A DNA stretch of 63,673 nt, the filler included, from Octopus bimaculoides (taxonomy: Eukaryota), in NCBI RefSeq assembly GCF_001194135.2. It is 6 parts of 6 records of this genome, joined end to end, with 100 filler letters (N's around TTAATTAATTAA, not from the genome) between each part and the next. Parts side by side here need not be neighbours in the genome. Positions count along the whole stretch, not along the records: positions 60,026 to 63,673 come from NC_068981.1; 5 more parts are not named here. One strand, written 5' to 3'. Within the stretch, counting starts at the first letter, position 1, and every line of letters begins with the position of its first letter. Of the stretch, positions 60,190 to 63,673 are shown one piece after another. Both the position numbers and the translations under genes were made by a program. Below the pieces are notes generated by a model. That model did not search any database. It was given only the letters and a program-made list of their open reading frames with translations, and was not told the origin of the DNA.

Positions 60190-62739
60190 TAACGTGTTCA
60201 TGAATAATATTTTCGGACAGAAATATAAGTGAAATACGAACTCCCCACCTCCGAGACACATCTCACATAGAGAAGACTTCGAACAGGTCCAAAGAAGAAG
60301 TATGAACTTCCCCCATTCAAGACATTTCTTCCACAATAACCACAGCTTGCAAACAGAACATAACCATTACGACAATCCCACTCAGAGCCGACCACAACAA
60401 AGAACCCACAATAAACCATGGGTTAATGGAAGGACTCTTAACAGGAACACTAATTCCCTATACCAGAGAAACCATTTTTTAGACAAACTGGGCCAAAACC
60501 AGGACACTCGATGGCACCAACGAAACATGAGATTCTGAAGGTGATAAATCTCTCACATAAAGCCCTTTCAAACCAGGAAATCAAAATTCTTGCAAAAGAT
60601 TGAAGTTCACCCCAACACCACAAAGGTCGAACCTAAATGATATGCAAAATGACATCCAAGAATTCTGCAGATAACTTCACATCACTGAAGAACTACCGGA
60701 AAAAAATAATAATGATCAATCAATCCTTCACAATAAAAGTAATTAGTGTCCGAAAAAGAAGAAATCAAACTCTGGATAACTTTTGTAATGTGATTTTCAT
60801 TTAGCCCGACAATTTACTCCCACCCCGAAAATTTAAAATAAATACAAGTAGAGAAGAATGGGAAATCATTAATAATCTTAAGGAGGATGACAACATAATT
60901 ATAAAAGCTGGCAAATGGAGTACTGTAGTTATCATGAACTCAGAAAAATGCATAAACACTACTCTAACACTTCTTCAAGACAATACCCACTTTGAAAAAA
61001 TCAACAACTACAGTCAATCCAAGATAATGACCAAACCGTCTACCGTTATCCACTAGTTCCAACAAGGTTTAACAAAAAAGGAGACAGATTACTTGACTAG
61101 ATTTGACTGCAAAACCAGTAACTTCAATGGACTCCCCAAAATCCACAAAAGTGAGGCCATAAACAAAGCCTGTAACAAGCCAACTTCTATAGTCAAAAAT
61201 TTTCCACACCCGAGAGATCTCAAAATGAGACCAATTGTGGCCGGTCCCTCGTGTGAGACACACAGACTTAGTAACTTTATTGACGTCCTCCTTAAACCTA
61301 TTCTCCAGAATATACTGAGCTTTATACGGGATGATTTGGACTTTTTAAACTATCTCCTGAACAAAATCAGCAAAGACTCCCTCCTGGTTTCATTTGATGT
61401 AATAAACCTCTACACCTTGATTCCTCACAAATACGGAATAATAGCTGGAAAAATTCTCAAATGACATTCCTGACAGAATCGGAAAAGAATTCATCGTTGA
61501 AGGAATAAAATTCATCCTACAGACCAACTTCTTCAATTTCAATGAAAACATTTATAGACAAAAATTGGGCACAGTGATGGGAACGCGGGTAGCGCCTACT
61601 TTTGCCAACCTTGTCATGGCATACTTGGAAGTCCAAATATACGAACATGCAAGATTGAAATTTGGAGACAACTTCCAGAAATACTTACTCACCAACTGGA
61701 AACACTACCTGGATGACTGTTTCATCCCGTGGCCACATAACTTTGAACAACTCTCAAAATTTAAAAACTTAATTAACAGTATTAACCACAGTATCCAGTT
61801 TACAATGGAATACAGTCACAAACAACTACCCTTCCTGGACATCTTAATAATAAAGAGAAACACTGAAATTTAAACCGACATCTTCTTCAAACCAACGGAC
61901 TCAAAACAATATCTTCTATTCTCCTCTTGCTACCCAAAACATACTAAAATAAATATACCGTTCAACTTAGCAAGAAGAATTTGCATGATTGCATCAAATC
62001 CAAAACCCGAGAAAAGTGACTCCAAGAACTAGATAGAAAATTCCCAGCCAATCCAATCAAAAATGAAATAGAATGTGCAAAAATGATAGATATCCAAGAG
62101 TTATGGAAAACAAGAAAACACCATGACACACTTAAAACTCTATATTACATATCAACACACAATTCAAGAAACATGGAAGCATACAACATCATCCACCAAA
62201 ACATACCCCTCCTTATGAAAGACCAACAAATGAAAAAGGCACTAGAAGCACATAGGATTATTGAAAGCAAGAGATAATTACAATCCCTAAAAAAAATTAC
62301 CAGCGCCAAATTACCCACCAAAAATACAACCCCACAAGTCAAAAAGTGCAACCGCCCTAACTGCGGAACTTGTATCTTCCTCTTAGAGGCCTCAACATAC
62401 AAATTTAAGTCATGTCAAACTTTTACCAAATATGACTTTACCTGTACTTCGAAGAACTTAATCTATGTTCTTAAATGTGGAGGTTGTGGTGGTGACTACA
62501 TTGGTCCAACTAGCTTAACTTTCAGGGACAGACTTACGGTGCATAGGCAACAAATCTGGGATCCCACTACTCAGAAAATTCCCGTAAGGAAGCACCTAGA
62601 CCAATGCCCCATAGACATAAACCCTAAATACCAAATCTTCCCTCTCTATCAATGCACTAGAAACACTTCAACCCAATTCCGTTTAAATAAGGAAAACATA
62701 CTGATTAAAAAATATAAACTACAGCTAAATATCCTTTAG
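60190..62739 (+). mobile_element. Penelope-like retroelement (RT + GIY-YIG), near full length but disrupted; 3' non-coding region extends to ~63540
   Basis: VINLSHKALSNQEIKILAK.LKFTPTP; PKIHK; MRPIVAGP; SFDVINLYT; GTVMGTRVAPTFANLVM; HYLDDCF; FTME..HKQLPFLDI; KKCNRPNCGTC; NLIYVLKCGGCGGDYIGPTSLTFRDRLTVH. Several stops and frameshifts. Confidence 0.92.
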
Positions 62740-63397
62740 AAAGAAGAAAAAAACAGTAAAAATTAAAAAAAAATGATTCAATTTCAACACAAAAAAACAA
62801 CAACCAGGAACAACATAAAATAAAAGAAAAAACTTTAGTAACAATCTTCCACCTGGGTTCCAAAACTGCAACTCCAAATCACCATACAAACACCAGTTGC
62901 TGACGTCACACACTTCCAATCCAATGAAATTTTACAAACACTACTTGCTGACTTCACCTAACTCCAGACCAATCAAAACTGAAATTCAGCGAATACAGCG
63001 AAATGACCCTTTAAGAGAACCAACCAGCCAGAACGACTTATGACTATCCACATGGAAACCAACCAAGCAGAACGACAAGCTTGACCATGGGAAAAAAGTC
63101 ACCAGTATTTTAACTAATCAAAAAACCAGACCCACTTGCAGAAAAATATTATAAATTCATCTGATCCCAAAACATACCACTACAAGTGAAAGTGTCTATT
63201 AGAAGAGGGTCAGAGAAACTGTAAACCAAATTCCCTATTTTTACTATTTTCATTTCACACTTGTTTTTTTCAGTATAACTTGTCGACCACCACTAAAATT
63301 AATGAGGTTTGTACATTCAATCAAATTGATATACAGTTTTAATTTTATTGACTGCTATGAATATTCAAACTTACACCTTCTGTTTTGAATATGCTAA

Positions 63398-63467
63398 TTT
63401 ATCAACATTGAAACATTTTAGTTTGTCAACATTGAAATATTTTAATTTGTCAACATTGAAACTTTTA
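63398..63467. repeat. 24-bp minisatellite, 3 units (TTTGTCAACATTGAAA...)
   Basis: Units start at 63398, 63422 and 63446. Confidence 0.85.
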
Positions 63468-63639
63468 AAGATGTTTTTCTAATTTTAAACTTTTACCATT
63501 GATAAACAAAAAATAGAGTTGAAACAAGTTTGGTATATATGTAAATAAATGTATTTTAAACATTTATAAGTTTTTGAAATTTAGGTGCATTTGCAACAAC
63601 ATATATTCCTATGTATATGTGTGTGTGTGTGTGTGTGTG

Positions 63640-63673
<34 letters not shown>

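Noticed and set aside
15524-60259. Long ORFs in the supplied track (200-400 aa with X runs, poly-YI/HT/CV/LS, ...LIN ends)
   Set aside because: They run through N gaps, microsatellites or the artificial linker; there is no coding evidence.

Overview
Eukaryotic, AT-rich animal genomic DNA, dense in microsatellites and SINEs, with roughly 5 kb of N gaps. The SINE and microsatellite landscape and TTAGGG repeats look like an octopus/coleoid cephalopod assembly; this is an inference I cannot confirm without a search. Two real protein-coding genes lie head-to-head with only 489 bp between start codons. ALG9 (ER alpha-1,2-mannosyltransferase) has 9 coding exons on the minus strand from 9071 down to 580 and continues off the left edge. 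PCCB (propionyl-CoA carboxylase beta subunit) has coding exons 1-5 on the plus strand, 9561-14598. All 14 exons have GT/AG boundaries with matching phases. No further PCCB exon is recognisable in the remaining 49 kb. That stretch is broken by five artificial 100-bp gaps carrying the six-frame-stop linker TTAATTAATTAA. It consists of transposon relics (RTE, CR1-group, Tx1/L1, R4/Dong-like, Penelope-like, mariner, hAT- and MULE-like MITEs), four recurrent SINE-like families and simple repeats. Almost all ORFs in the supplied track are microsatellite or gap artefacts. I did not find a clear new multi-gene system. The best leads are: (i) a variant minimal hammerhead-ribozyme motif in two copies of a dispersed repeat; (ii) two different foldback elements carrying telomeric TTAGGG/CCCTAA cores, one with an in-window empty site that excludes a TA target duplication; (iii) candidate restorative A-to-I recoding sites in PCCB exon 3 and ALG9 exon 8; (iv) a CpG footprint marking gene-body versus promoter domains. 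Repeat boundaries are approximate unless termini are quoted. Human reference residues are recalled from memory.
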